A stretch of DNA of 64,000 nt from Clostridia bacterium (GCA_029061605.1 JAIDRT010000030.1:1693-65692); one strand, 5' to 3'; positions 16,727 to 25,512 are shown, numbered from the stretch's first letter. The notes: generated by a model from the sequence alone, not told the origin. Numbers and translations are program-made.

Positions 16727-18517
16727 ATGATAGTAATATACATAAACGGCGAGGGGACGGCAGAGAAGTTGTCCCCTCAGCACGTTTACCAAGGAAGCAA
16801 CCAAAGCGGAGTGTTGGTGTTTGCGCCGACGCCACCGCAGACAGAAGTGGGCATAGCGTTTAAGTTGCCCGACGGTACAAGTACGCCATATTATCATATG
16901 ACATATCAAGGCAATTACGAGGGGCTGTCGCAGTATGAGTTTACGTTGCCGTCAAGCATAACGCAGTTGTCAGGACACGCGGCAATAGCCTTGCAAGCGA
17001 TATATAGCGACGGACAGCGGACGAGTCAACTTATTGATTTTGAGATAGAAGAGAGCGTTGTCGTATTACCGCCTGAGTTGCCGCCTAACGTGTATGATTT
17101 GTTGCGACAGGCAATAGCCAAGAATACGTCGGATATATCGGGCATACAAGGGCAGATAGATAAAATTGAGGACTTAGCTCAAAAAGCAGAACAAGCATCG
17201 GTAGATGCCGTAGAGACGGCTAATCAAGCCAAAGAAACAGCCGACGGATTAGCAGATAGTATTGCAAAGGCGAATGCTACTGCACAAGAGGCAGTAGAGA
17301 CAGTCAATGGCGCGGTAAACGATATAGAGCAGTATAAGAACGAAACGGACAACGAGATTGAAAGTTTTAAAAATACAGTCAATGGACAAATTGCAGACAT
17401 AGAGTCTACAGTAAATTCAGCAGTCAATACAGCCAACGACGCAAAGAGTACTGCAGATGGATTGGCAAGCAGTATAGCCCAAGCCAACGCCACCGCAAGT
17501 GAAGCAAAAGAAATAGCAGAAGAGGCGCTGGAGCAGTCCAAAGTAACCGGTACAAAAGTAAATATCGCTGGAGAATTTGCAACAGAGGTCAATTTTGACA
17601 GCGACCCGCAAACGCAGTTGAACGACAAGGTCAACAAGTCAGGCGATACAATGACTGGTCCACTATCTATCAATAATGGTTATGATTTGTCGGGATTAAA
17701 GCGTTTTGTTGTTGATGGCTCTGCATTAGCAGGGGATACTTGGTATCCAATTACTATAAAGGTGCCTACAGATAGAATAGCGACTATTGAATGTTTCGCT
17801 AATTTCGGTGGTGCCAGTGGAGTTGTGTCTTGGAGTACCCACGAATCTAAAACTATATCATATAAAGCAAAGTGGACAGTACAGGGTGGAGGTTACGGAG
17901 CAAATTACATTACGCGAATGATTTATGATTATTGCTGGCGTTGGGGAGACAATGTTTTTGGATATATTGATCAAATGGAAAATAGTAGCAATGAATATAT
18001 CTATGTGAGAGGCGGAGCAAAATATGTGTTTTATGTCTCTGAGGGCGTTGAGCAGCCTGTAATTAGGACTTCCGCATTTACTGCGAGCAGTCAGACTGTT
18101 TCTCCTACAACAACATATATTCCGTTTGTACCGTCTAATTCATTTTGCTCAATGCAAGCGATATATGAAAACACGAAAAGGGTGTTAAGTGTTAACACAA
18201 CTCAACTTGAGCCGACAACAGCCAATGGATGGACGATAGGCGGTCCGAACTTGGTAATAAATTCTGACGGAGTATATTTAGCGCAATGTAAATATGATAA
18301 CAAATGGTCTAATTGTGGAATTATGATTAGAGCAAATAATAATACTGGCTCTAATGACACTTTATTTTCTGCTATGCCTATTTCGAATAACTTTAAAGCA
18401 GATTTTTATCAATTAACATACACATTTGCAAAGTTATTAAATGCGACGGTGTGGACGCTAGTAGGAGAAAATAAATCTGATCTTCCAACTCAAGTTGCAT
18501 ACAAGAAAATAGCATAG
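16727..18517 (+). CDS. Tail fibre or receptor-binding protein
   Basis: 596 aa. Central Ala/Asn/Glu coiled coil with an internal duplication ('TANQAKETADGLADSIAKANATAQEA' and 'TANDAKSTADGLASSIAQANATASEA'). Contains 'KSGDTMTGPLSI', a motif common in phage tail fibres. Confidence 0.75.
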   Translation: MIVIYINGEGTAEKLSPQHVYQGSNQSGVLVFAPTPPQTEVGIAFKLPDGTSTPYYHMTYQGNYEGLSQYEFTLPSSITQLSGHAAIALQAIYSDGQRTSQLIDFEIEESVVVLPPELPPNVYDLLRQAIAKNTSDISGIQGQIDKIEDLAQKAEQASVDAVETANQAKETADGLADSIAKANATAQEAVETVNGAVNDIEQYKNETDNEIESFKNTVNGQIADIESTVNSAVNTANDAKSTADGLASSIAQANATASEAKEIAEEALEQSKVTGTKVNIAGEFATEVNFDSDPQTQLNDKVNKSGDTMTGPLSINNGYDLSGLKRFVVDGSALAGDTWYPITIKVPTDRIATIECFANFGGASGVVSWSTHESKTISYKAKWTVQGGGYGANYITRMIYDYCWRWGDNVFGYIDQMENSSNEYIYVRGGAKYVFYVSEGVEQPVIRTSAFTASSQTVSPTTTYIPFVPSNSFCSMQAIYENTKRVLSVNTTQLEPTTANGWTIGGPNLVINSDGVYLAQCKYDNKWSNCGIMIRANNNTGSNDTLFSAMPISNNFKADFYQLTYTFAKLLNATVWTLVGENKSDLPTQVAYKKIA

Positions 18518-18529
18518 GAGGAATTAACA

Positions 18530-18883
18530 ATGGGATTTTACGATAAAAACATCAACGGCTTTGTGCCGTATCAGAACGAAGAGGGAACGCTCCCCGAGTA
18601 TACAGACGAACAAATAATGGAAATGCTCTCGCAAGGCAATATAGTTGCAGGTGCAGACGGCAGACCTGTCGTAGTGCCAAGACCAGAGCCGACGGCGGAG
18701 CAAAAACAAGCGCAATATGAAGCAAGAGTAGAGAGCCTTATACGCGAGCGATACACTGTATCACAAGAACTCGCTATAATTCGTCAACAAGAGAGCAAGG
18801 CTGAAGAATATCAAGCCTACTACAACTACTGCGAAGAGTGCAAGGCAAAAGCAAAAGTGGAGGTGTACGACAATGAGGTTTAA
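18530..18883 (+). CDS. Tail-fibre-associated small protein (assembly chaperone or XkdW-like, putative)
   Basis: 117 aa, immediately after the fibre gene. Confidence 0.35.
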   Translation: MGFYDKNINGFVPYQNEEGTLPEYTDEQIMEMLSQGNIVAGADGRPVVVPRPEPTAEQKQAQYEARVESLIRERYTVSQELAIIRQQESKAEEYQAYYNYCEECKAKAKVEVYDNEV

Positions 18884-19403
18884 GATAATAGGCTCTACGG
18901 CTCAACCTATTGAGGCGCAAGTGATGTTTCTTGAGAATGGCGCGCTTGAACTTGAGTTCGACGAATTAAAGACACCTAACAATATATTATACGCTCGTGT
19001 CAAAGGCAAGACCTACGAAACAGCGATAAGAGACAGCAAAGCAAAGATACCCCGCTCAGCAATGGAAAGCGGGGTTTTATATTGCGAAATTGTCGGATAT
19101 ACAGCAGATGGCAAAGCGGCAAACAAAGTTGTGTGCGCACCTATACAGATAGCGTCAGCGCATAGCCAAGTCGAAGAGCCATTGTGCGCGTATCCGCAAA
19201 TCAATGAAGTGCTTGAGAATATGGCAAGGCTTACGCTTGAGGCGCAAGAACTCAAGATAGAATATGAGGCAAAATATAACAAAGTAATTGAACAGCAAGA
19301 GGCAATGCTTGCAGAACTGAAGAAGATTGCGAAATCTTACAACTTGGGTATATCCCTATTCAATATAAATACGGAGGTAAATAACAATGAGAACAAAGGT
19401 TAA
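18873..19403 (+). CDS. Hypothetical phage protein (176 aa, C-terminal coiled coil)
   Basis: ORF whose start overlaps the preceding gene. Confidence 0.4.
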   Translation: MRFKIIGSTAQPIEAQVMFLENGALELEFDELKTPNNILYARVKGKTYETAIRDSKAKIPRSAMESGVLYCEIVGYTADGKAANKVVCAPIQIASAHSQVEEPLCAYPQINEVLENMARLTLEAQELKIEYEAKYNKVIEQQEAMLAELKKIAKSYNLGISLFNINTEVNNNENKG

Positions 19404-19953
19404 AACAACAATTTTGATAGCGTCCTTGATACTTGTCTTGGCGCTTTGTGCAATGGTAGCAACTGTGGGCATTACGTCCACAGCAAATGCGGAAGTCGCA
19501 AGTGGAGAGGCAGAGAGTGGCGAGGTAAGCGCAGTTCCGGAAGAGGAAAGCAAAGGCAATTGGTTTAGCGAGAATTGGAAAGCCATTGTTGAGATAATTA
19601 CGTCAAGCGGTGCGTTGGCAGTCATATTTGCGATAATAAAATTATTTGGTAAGATAGCCAAGTTGAGAGGAGATCTGGGCAGTACCAACACTGACAACAA
19701 GGCAATCAAAGAGGCGTTCAACACAATGGTAGACGAGGTTGAGGGCTTTAAGAAAGAACTTGAAGAGATACATAAGTGGAATGCAATACTCAAGAGCGAA
19801 GTGGCAACGAGCGGAGAGAAGAGTTCGGCAGTACTTGCAATCTTTGAGAAACTTATAGGCGCAAGCGACTTGCCAAACGAGACCAAGCAGGCAATGCAGG
19901 CGGTAATCAACAAGGCTACAATTGGGGAGGATAAGAGCAATGACGAGGCATAA
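19387..19953 (+). CDS. Membrane-anchored coiled-coil protein (lysis-module position)
   Basis: An N-terminal signal/TM segment 'TTILIASLILVLALCAMVATV', a second TM segment 'SSGALAVIFAIIKLF', then a coiled coil. Confidence 0.45.
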   Translation: MRTKVKTTILIASLILVLALCAMVATVGITSTANAEVASGEAESGEVSAVPEEESKGNWFSENWKAIVEIITSSGALAVIFAIIKLFGKIAKLRGDLGSTNTDNKAIKEAFNTMVDEVEGFKKELEEIHKWNAILKSEVATSGEKSSAVLAIFEKLIGASDLPNETKQAMQAVINKATIGEDKSNDEA

Positions 19954-20350
19954 GCAAGGCGTGATATTGTATTATACAGGCATTGTCGTGTCCGTCGTTG
20001 CTCCGCTCATTACCGCTTTGACGCAATTCCCTGTGTGGACTTCTAAAGTACCTAAGACGCAACTGGGCGGTATGTTTATCTTTACCGCCTTGCTGTCGTG
20101 CATACCGTTCCTTAAGCATATCCGAATGCAACTCAAAACGCCGTCCGCAGTGACGGTGTGGGCGATAATATTCTTGATATGTTGGTCTATGAATAAGATA
20201 ATCGTGCAGTTGTATTTGATTGCGCTAGTGGGGCTTATAGCCAACGTCGTGGGAGCGATATTGTGTGCAGTCGGCAATAGATTGAAACGACCGCCTATAT
20301 TTAATAATCAATATATAAATAAGGAGAAAGAGGACAATGCAGAAACTTGA
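19940..20350 (+). CDS. Four-TM small membrane protein (holin candidate)
   Basis: 136 aa counted from ATG 19940, behind GGGGAGG. Four hydrophobic helices and a charged C-terminus. Confidence 0.4.
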   Translation: MTRHKQGVILYYTGIVVSVVAPLITALTQFPVWTSKVPKTQLGGMFIFTALLSCIPFLKHIRMQLKTPSAVTVWAIIFLICWSMNKIIVQLYLIALVGLIANVVGAILCAVGNRLKRPPIFNNQYINKEKEDNAET

Positions 20351-21263
20351 GAATAGAACAGAGAGAATAGACAACTCTCCTGTGGCAAAGAAACTCAATG
20401 TCACGACCAAAGAGTTTTTGGGAATGGCAGTCAATGCATTCTTGATACTTGTCTTGGCTCTGTCTATGTACGTTACGGTCAGCACTTCGTTTGATATAGA
20501 TTGGGGCAAACTCGGATTTACTTCCATATTCGTCTACTTGATAAGTTGCGTAATATACTCCAACTCGCTCAACTTGGGCGAGTCTGCCGTAGCAAAAAAG
20601 CAGGAGTACAAGGACGTTTGCAAGAACTGTATAGACGCCATAGACACGCTCGTCAAGAATAAATACATAGAGCATATAGACGAGTATTGCTCGGAGAAGC
20701 AGAAAGCAGATCTGGAAATGCGTAGGAAAAGCGTATTGGGAGCGGTGTATATCTCTTGGGATAAGTACGTAGAAGAGTATGCGCAAAAGAGCATAAGAGA
20801 GATGCGAGCAATGAAACGAGAGAAAAAAGAGGGCGAGAAAAAGCCTGCGCCATACTTCAACAAGGAGCAAATCATAGCCTTGATAAAAGTAAGGCGAATG
20901 AAGTGTCATAAGTTTTCTCCGCAACAACTCACACGTCCAATAGACGCAAAGAGTGAAGAGTTCTTGGAGGATATATCCAAACTCCGCCGCAAGACAATGG
21001 CAAGGAAAATGCTTATGTCGCTAATGCTGACGCTCATTGCAGTGAGTTTCAGTGTGGAAATGGTCAATGACTTTTCGTATAGGACAGTAGTAGAGGGCGT
21101 CGTTAAACTCATTCCAATGGCGTGGTCTTGGGCGAGCGGACACTTTGCAGGTTACAACATAGCGTCCAACAATAAAATGGCGTATTACAAGGACAAGGCT
21201 CGGTATTGCTTGCAGGCGGACAATTGGCTTAATGAGCGATATAGACAAGCCAACAATAATTAA
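20337..21263 (+). CDS. Membrane protein with a large cytoplasmic basic/coiled domain; last prophage gene
   Basis: 308 aa. Two N-terminal and one or two C-terminal TM helices. No muralytic motif recognised. Confidence 0.4.
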   Translation: MQKLENRTERIDNSPVAKKLNVTTKEFLGMAVNAFLILVLALSMYVTVSTSFDIDWGKLGFTSIFVYLISCVIYSNSLNLGESAVAKKQEYKDVCKNCIDAIDTLVKNKYIEHIDEYCSEKQKADLEMRRKSVLGAVYISWDKYVEEYAQKSIREMRAMKREKKEGEKKPAPYFNKEQIIALIKVRRMKCHKFSPQQLTRPIDAKSEEFLEDISKLRRKTMARKMLMSLMLTLIAVSFSVEMVNDFSYRTVVEGVVKLIPMAWSWASGHFAGYNIASNNKMAYYKDKARYCLQADNWLNERYRQANNN

Positions 21264-21301
21264 AGACAAATCCTCAGTTTGTGTTATTATATGGGGAGAG
21301 G

Positions 21302-21326
21302 GGCAGGGGAAACCTTGCCATTTTTC
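21302..21326 (+). terminator. Intrinsic terminator at the end of the prophage late operon
   Basis: GGCAGGG-GAAA-CCTTGCC (one G.U pair) followed by ATTTTT. Confidence 0.55.
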
Positions 21327-21438
21327 TCTATGCAAAAAAAGGTTACTTATATTTACTTTTCTCATTTACCTCGCAAGTAACAAACCTATATAGCCATTTA
21401 CGATTATAAGACGTAATGGGTTTGTATTTGAGCGGTGA

Positions 21439-21459
21439 TGGCAGAGAGTGAGGTATTTG
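21439..21459. repeat. Partial duplicate of the tRNA-Ser 3' end (att-type direct repeat, distal copy)
   Basis: TGGCAGAGAGTGAGG is identical to 27318-27332 (15/15). The next six positions match 5/6, giving 20/21 overall. Confidence 0.75.
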
Positions 21460-21891
21460 TAAGGAGCGAAGCGACGGAATAGCGAGCAAACAATATTTAA
21501 AAAGGCGAGCGTCACAATTTCAGTGATCTGCAACTCTCGCAAAACTTAAGGACACTTTGGAAAGTGTCCTTTAAAATGTGCGTGATGAACAAAAAGGATT
21601 TTTTTAGGGGATACCAGAAGTCGGGACTTGAACTCCACTCGCATAGCCGAAGGCGGGATTTGAACCCCTAAAATCAATTTTTTTCTTATTTAAATTATAT
21701 CACAAAAGGTGTGTTGCGTCAATAGTTGGAGACAAATTTTTTAAAAATTTTATAGATAATAAAAATGTTAAAAAGACGATGTGCAAAATAGAAAAACTAA
21801 TTGTAAAAAATTTATAACAATTTATGGCTTTAAATGAAAAATAGTATAACATTTTGTTAAATAATTTTTTTTGTAAACTATTAGAAAATAG

Positions 21892-21920
21892 TTGACAACT
21901 TTTTTAAAAAATATTAAGAT
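21892..21920 (+). promoter_or_regulatory. Promoter of the island ORF-A/ORF-B operon
   Basis: TTGACA, a 17-nt spacer, then TAAGAT. The palindrome AACTATT-AGAA-AATAGTT (21876-21893) abuts the -35. Confidence 0.5.
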
Positions 21921-21963
21921 ATAATTCTAAACAAAAACCTATTTAAATCGGGGGTGATTTATC

Positions 21964-22890
21964 TTGCCAGAATTACGCAGAATATATTGGGAAATTGCTC
22001 ATAAGGTAAGTTTAGAGTTTTCAAACTTTTCTTATGAATTTGATGTTAATGATTTGAATAGAAGAATAGATAAAATTTTGCTTGAAATAAAAGAAAAATA
22101 TGGCATTGCAAATATGCCTTCTATAAACATTTCAAAAGATGTAGATTTAGTAAATATGACTGATGATGCTGTAAGATTTATTATTAGTGATGAAAATAGT
22201 GCGATTAACGATAATAAATTTGTAAATAGTTCATATATAATTTCTTGTAAAATTGCTAAAGTAATGAAAAAGGGCACAAACAAAAATTACAGCATTGAGT
22301 TAGTTACTAATGATGTTAAAAAAATATATAGTCTTATAATCGATGCAATGTTAGATACTCATATGTTTTATTTGTATGGCTGGAATAATGAGTATGGCAA
22401 TTTAGAAAAGAAGAAAGAGTTTTCTAAATTAAAAGTTAGTTTTTGCAAAAAACATAAATTAACTAGTGTTTTAGATGAATATATAGATTATGATAACTAT
22501 TGTTCCTTTGCTACTTTTTGTAGGAATGATGATTATTCTTTAGACATAGAAAAATTTGTACAACTATGGAAAAAGTTTTCTAGTGAGCTTTTATCAAATT
22601 TGAATCATAAGGATAAAGAGTCTATAGTAGAAGACATTTGCAAGAATTATAAGCATGGTGCAATTTCTAAAAGAAAATTGAAAAACATGATGAAAGATTT
22701 ACCAATGGGTAAGTATTCATTTATACGTATAAGTCGGAAAGTACCTAATTTCCATGCAAAAAAAATGGAATCATTATTTAATGGATCTATAAAAATAGGA
22801 AATATGATTATAATTGATACAATAAAGAAATATAATTATAAAAGGTATTTTGATGCAAAGTACATAGACATAACCGATTTTATTATTTGA
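21964..22890 (+). CDS. Island ORF-A: hypothetical protein, no recognisable domain
   Basis: 308 aa. A TTG start lies 7 nt after GGGGGTG. Rich in Lys, Asn and Ile. Confidence 0.6.
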   Translation: MPELRRIYWEIAHKVSLEFSNFSYEFDVNDLNRRIDKILLEIKEKYGIANMPSINISKDVDLVNMTDDAVRFIISDENSAINDNKFVNSSYIISCKIAKVMKKGTNKNYSIELVTNDVKKIYSLIIDAMLDTHMFYLYGWNNEYGNLEKKKEFSKLKVSFCKKHKLTSVLDEYIDYDNYCSFATFCRNDDYSLDIEKFVQLWKKFSSELLSNLNHKDKESIVEDICKNYKHGAISKRKLKNMMKDLPMGKYSFIRISRKVPNFHAKKMESLFNGSIKIGNMIIIDTIKKYNYKRYFDAKYIDITDFII

Positions 22891-22900
22891 TGATTTATAT

Positions 22901-23860
22901 ATGGGGAAAGAGAATAAGAAGACATTCATTGCTTTTTTTGATTTGCTTGGTGTTAAATCAACGGCTGAATATGATTTTAAATTATATTTTAATTATATAA
23001 ATAGATTTCAATCTCATTTACAGGATTTGGTAAAAGGTCATAATGAGGTTGAAATCTATGCGTTTAGTGATTGTGCATATCTTGAAAGCGAATCATTAAG
23101 TAGTTTATTACAAATTTTAAGAGATTTGCGTAGAGTATTATTTTTAGAAAGAATATATTTTAATGCGGCAGTAACAGAAGGTAGTTTAAACGCCACAAAG
23201 AAATCAGGTGAAAAAATAGATTTTACTTTGTTTAAGTCTGCATCTACAGTTAAAGTTTTTTCATTACAAGTAAACTTTACAGGTATAGGTATTTTTATAG
23301 ACGAACATATAAAAAAGTATATGAAAGGAAATTTAAAGAAACTATTAATTGAAAGTGCTTATTGTGTTAATTTTGAACCTAAAGGTATTAGTACATTTAA
23401 TAAGTTTCTTGATGTTAAATTTATAGAGGTATCGAATCAATTACTAAAATATCTTATAGAGCAGTATTTATCCACTATGACATTAAACGTAAAAGCTTCT
23501 AGATACTATTTATCAGCTATTAATACTTTAATTAATCAAGTAGATTTTGATGATTTAGGGGAATTCATAGATGAAATATATAGTTTATTTTATAAGGACA
23601 CATTTGCAACAGCATTTCTACCAATTGATTTAATGTTTATTAATGCTATTTATAATGGTTTTAGGGAAAAACATGAAGGTCAAATTAATTTATTAGACGA
23701 GTATAATAATTTTTCAGATATCAGTAGAGTTTTAGATAAAGTAATAAAAAAATCGTACTTGGTTAAAGGCATTGTAGATTTAAGATTACAGTCAGATTGT
23801 TTAATAAGTAAAGATAATAAGCATTTATTAGCCAATTATCTGAGTATATATAAAGGATAG
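22901..23860 (+). CDS. Island ORF-B: protein with a class III nucleotidyl-cyclase/GGDEF-palm-like N-terminal domain (putative)
   Basis: 319 aa, starting 10 nt after ORF-A. 'FIAFFD14LLGV' compares with 'FADIxGFT'. 'IYAFSD57CAYL' compares with 'KILGDCYY'. 'IYFNAAVTEGSL' and 'VNF' follow. The Asp-Asp spacing is 43 aa. This is a motif-level call only. Confidence 0.35.
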   Translation: MGKENKKTFIAFFDLLGVKSTAEYDFKLYFNYINRFQSHLQDLVKGHNEVEIYAFSDCAYLESESLSSLLQILRDLRRVLFLERIYFNAAVTEGSLNATKKSGEKIDFTLFKSASTVKVFSLQVNFTGIGIFIDEHIKKYMKGNLKKLLIESAYCVNFEPKGISTFNKFLDVKFIEVSNQLLKYLIEQYLSTMTLNVKASRYYLSAINTLINQVDFDDLGEFIDEIYSLFYKDTFATAFLPIDLMFINAIYNGFREKHEGQINLLDEYNNFSDISRVLDKVIKKSYLVKGIVDLRLQSDCLISKDNKHLLANYLSIYKG

Positions 23861-23950
23861 GATAAATTTTTGCTTTTCAAAGGTGCTTATAATGGCAAAA
23901 TAATTAGAAAACACTTATGAAGAATAGAATTATAAGAGCCTTGGCAAAAA

Positions 23951-24013
23951 GCAAGCCGTTACATAAGTAGCGGTTTCTTCCATTGCCACATAAATCATTA
24001 TTTGTTAGAATAA
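23951..24013 (+). repeat. Copy 1 of a 63-bp terminator-plus-promoter junction repeat
   Basis: Hairpin GCCGTTAC-ATAA-GTAGCGGT with a T-rich tail. Then TTGCCA (23983-23988), a 17-nt spacer, and TAGAAT (24006-24011). About 85% identical to 26122-26183. Confidence 0.75.
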
Positions 24014-24053
24014 GAATGCCAAAACATAAAACAAATGATAGGGAGAGAATTCC

Positions 24054-25190
24054 ATGACAGCATCGGAACAAATTTGCAATGAAATTGGAGCAAAGTTTTT
24101 TAGCAAAGATTTTGTTTATGAAAATTTAAAATTTTATAATGAAAGTAATAAAAGAGTTGAGTTGTGTGACGCCTTATTTGAGTATGCTTCGGTATATGTA
24201 CCTATACAAATAAAGGAACGATCGAAAAATAAAGGCAACAAAACAGAAGAGTCATGGTTAAATGAAATTGTTTATGGAGCAGCGTTTAATCAAATTAAAG
24301 CCACAGTTAAAGCAATTAGAACGGATAATATTGAAGTGAACGATTTATATCATCAAAAGGTTAAATTATGCAAAGATAATTTAATATTCCCAATGATAGT
24401 ATTTGATAATCCCAATATTACTGATTATAAGAGAATTATCATAGATGGGGAACTTATAATCAATGTGTTCAAATTGGAAGATTATGAATCTATGATGCAA
24501 GCAATAATACATCCGTATGACATTATATATTATCTACAAGAGAGAGCTAATTGGATTCAGGATTATAATTTGCCTAATATCGTAATTGGCGAGGGGGTGC
24601 ATAGTACAATTCTTGCTTCAATTAAAACGGAACAGGATTTTGCTTTGTTTTTTATGCAATATATTTACGAAGGTCAAAGTGATAAGCAAAGAGAGGCGTT
24701 ACGTCACCTTAGTTTGATAAATACATTTAGGGATCGTTTAATAAAGAAAGTTTCAAATTATAAAGTGATATTAAATATTCTAGAATTAATAGAACCGAGA
24801 AATGCCGATGGATTTATGAAATGGTTTGATTATGCTTGGAGATGTGCTTGTGATGATAAATTTGATTTTACAAAATCAGTTCAAGTACTATACAATAGTA
24901 AAAAAACGGACATAGTATTCTTTTCTATTGGAAGAAAAGAGTTGGCTTCTAAAAAATACTATCAGTTGCTTCTTGATGCAAAACAATTGCAGCATAAAGC
25001 GGACGCAGTGTTAATTTTCGCATTTATTGGTGATGAGGGAAATAAATGCCACAATGATTGGGTTTATATGGAAAAAGAATACGAGGAAGATGATGATTTC
25101 TTAAGATTTTATGACTCAATAGGAATGTTTAATGGTACAATGAGTTATGAGATTTATGATGAACTATGCAGAAAAATGATTGGCAAATAA
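24054..25190 (+). CDS. Island ORF-C: protein with an N-terminal PD-(D/E)xK (NERD/restriction-endonuclease-like) motif and an unknown C-terminal domain
   Basis: 378 aa. RBS GGGAGAG. 'RVE36LCD39ALFEYASVYVPIQ52IK54E'. Confidence 0.45.
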   Translation: MTASEQICNEIGAKFFSKDFVYENLKFYNESNKRVELCDALFEYASVYVPIQIKERSKNKGNKTEESWLNEIVYGAAFNQIKATVKAIRTDNIEVNDLYHQKVKLCKDNLIFPMIVFDNPNITDYKRIIIDGELIINVFKLEDYESMMQAIIHPYDIIYYLQERANWIQDYNLPNIVIGEGVHSTILASIKTEQDFALFFMQYIYEGQSDKQREALRHLSLINTFRDRLIKKVSNYKVILNILELIEPRNADGFMKWFDYAWRCACDDKFDFTKSVQVLYNSKKTDIVFFSIGRKELASKKYYQLLLDAKQLQHKADAVLIFAFIGDEGNKCHNDWVYMEKEYEEDDDFLRFYDSIGMFNGTMSYEIYDELCRKMIGK

Positions 25191-25226
25191 CCTAATTCAA
25201 GTCTTGTTATCCGCACCAAGTGTATT

Positions 25227-25260
25227 GGTCTAAAAGTCTTCTGACGTTTAGACCGTTTTT
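25227..25260 (+). terminator. Intrinsic terminator after ORF-C
   Basis: GGTCTAAA / TTTAGACC 8-bp stem followed by GTTTTT. Confidence 0.65.
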
Positions 25261-25512
25261 CATCCTAATATAGCAAAATTAGGGCATTTATTGGCATTTC
25301 GAGTTGATTTTTAGTATTTAGCAGCAACTTAATTGGCACAGAACAATGTTTGCACGATAGATTTTGTCAAGAAAAATAAGCAAGGAGCGTAATACAATTT
25401 CTATCTTGGATATGGACTTGAACCTATTATGGCTTTATAAATTGATAAGGTGGAAGTAATAATTAGATTGCAAATAAGTGAGAATATTGGCAAAAGTGTT
25501 TAGAAGGATAAT

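Larger units (their letters stand above)
1..21459. mobile_element. Temperate prophage, truncated at the left window edge; right end placed at a partial tRNA-Ser 3' repeat
   Basis: Canonical order: repressor / cro / late regulator / TerS / TerL / portal / scaffold / capsid / connectors / tail / fibre / membrane proteins. Almost all genes are on the + strand with overlapping or tightly spaced starts and GGAGG-type RBS. A 15-nt exact copy of the tRNA-Ser 3' end lies about 175 bp after the last gene. Confidence 0.85.

Noticed and set aside
19356-20927. Minus-strand ORFs at 19356-19940 (194 aa) and 20301-20927 (208 aa), plus several shorter ones.
   Set aside because: These are mirror-frame shadows of the + strand membrane-protein genes. 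They have no start context, and they would break the uninterrupted late operon.
21611-21670. A possible tRNA gene. Two T-loop-like motifs appear on the minus strand: GGTTCAAATCC and GAGTTCAAGTCC.
   Set aside because: The T-stems pair at only about 3 of 5 positions. No acceptor stem, anticodon arm or CCA context can be drawn. At best these are degenerate tRNA or att scars, as noted under the att finding.
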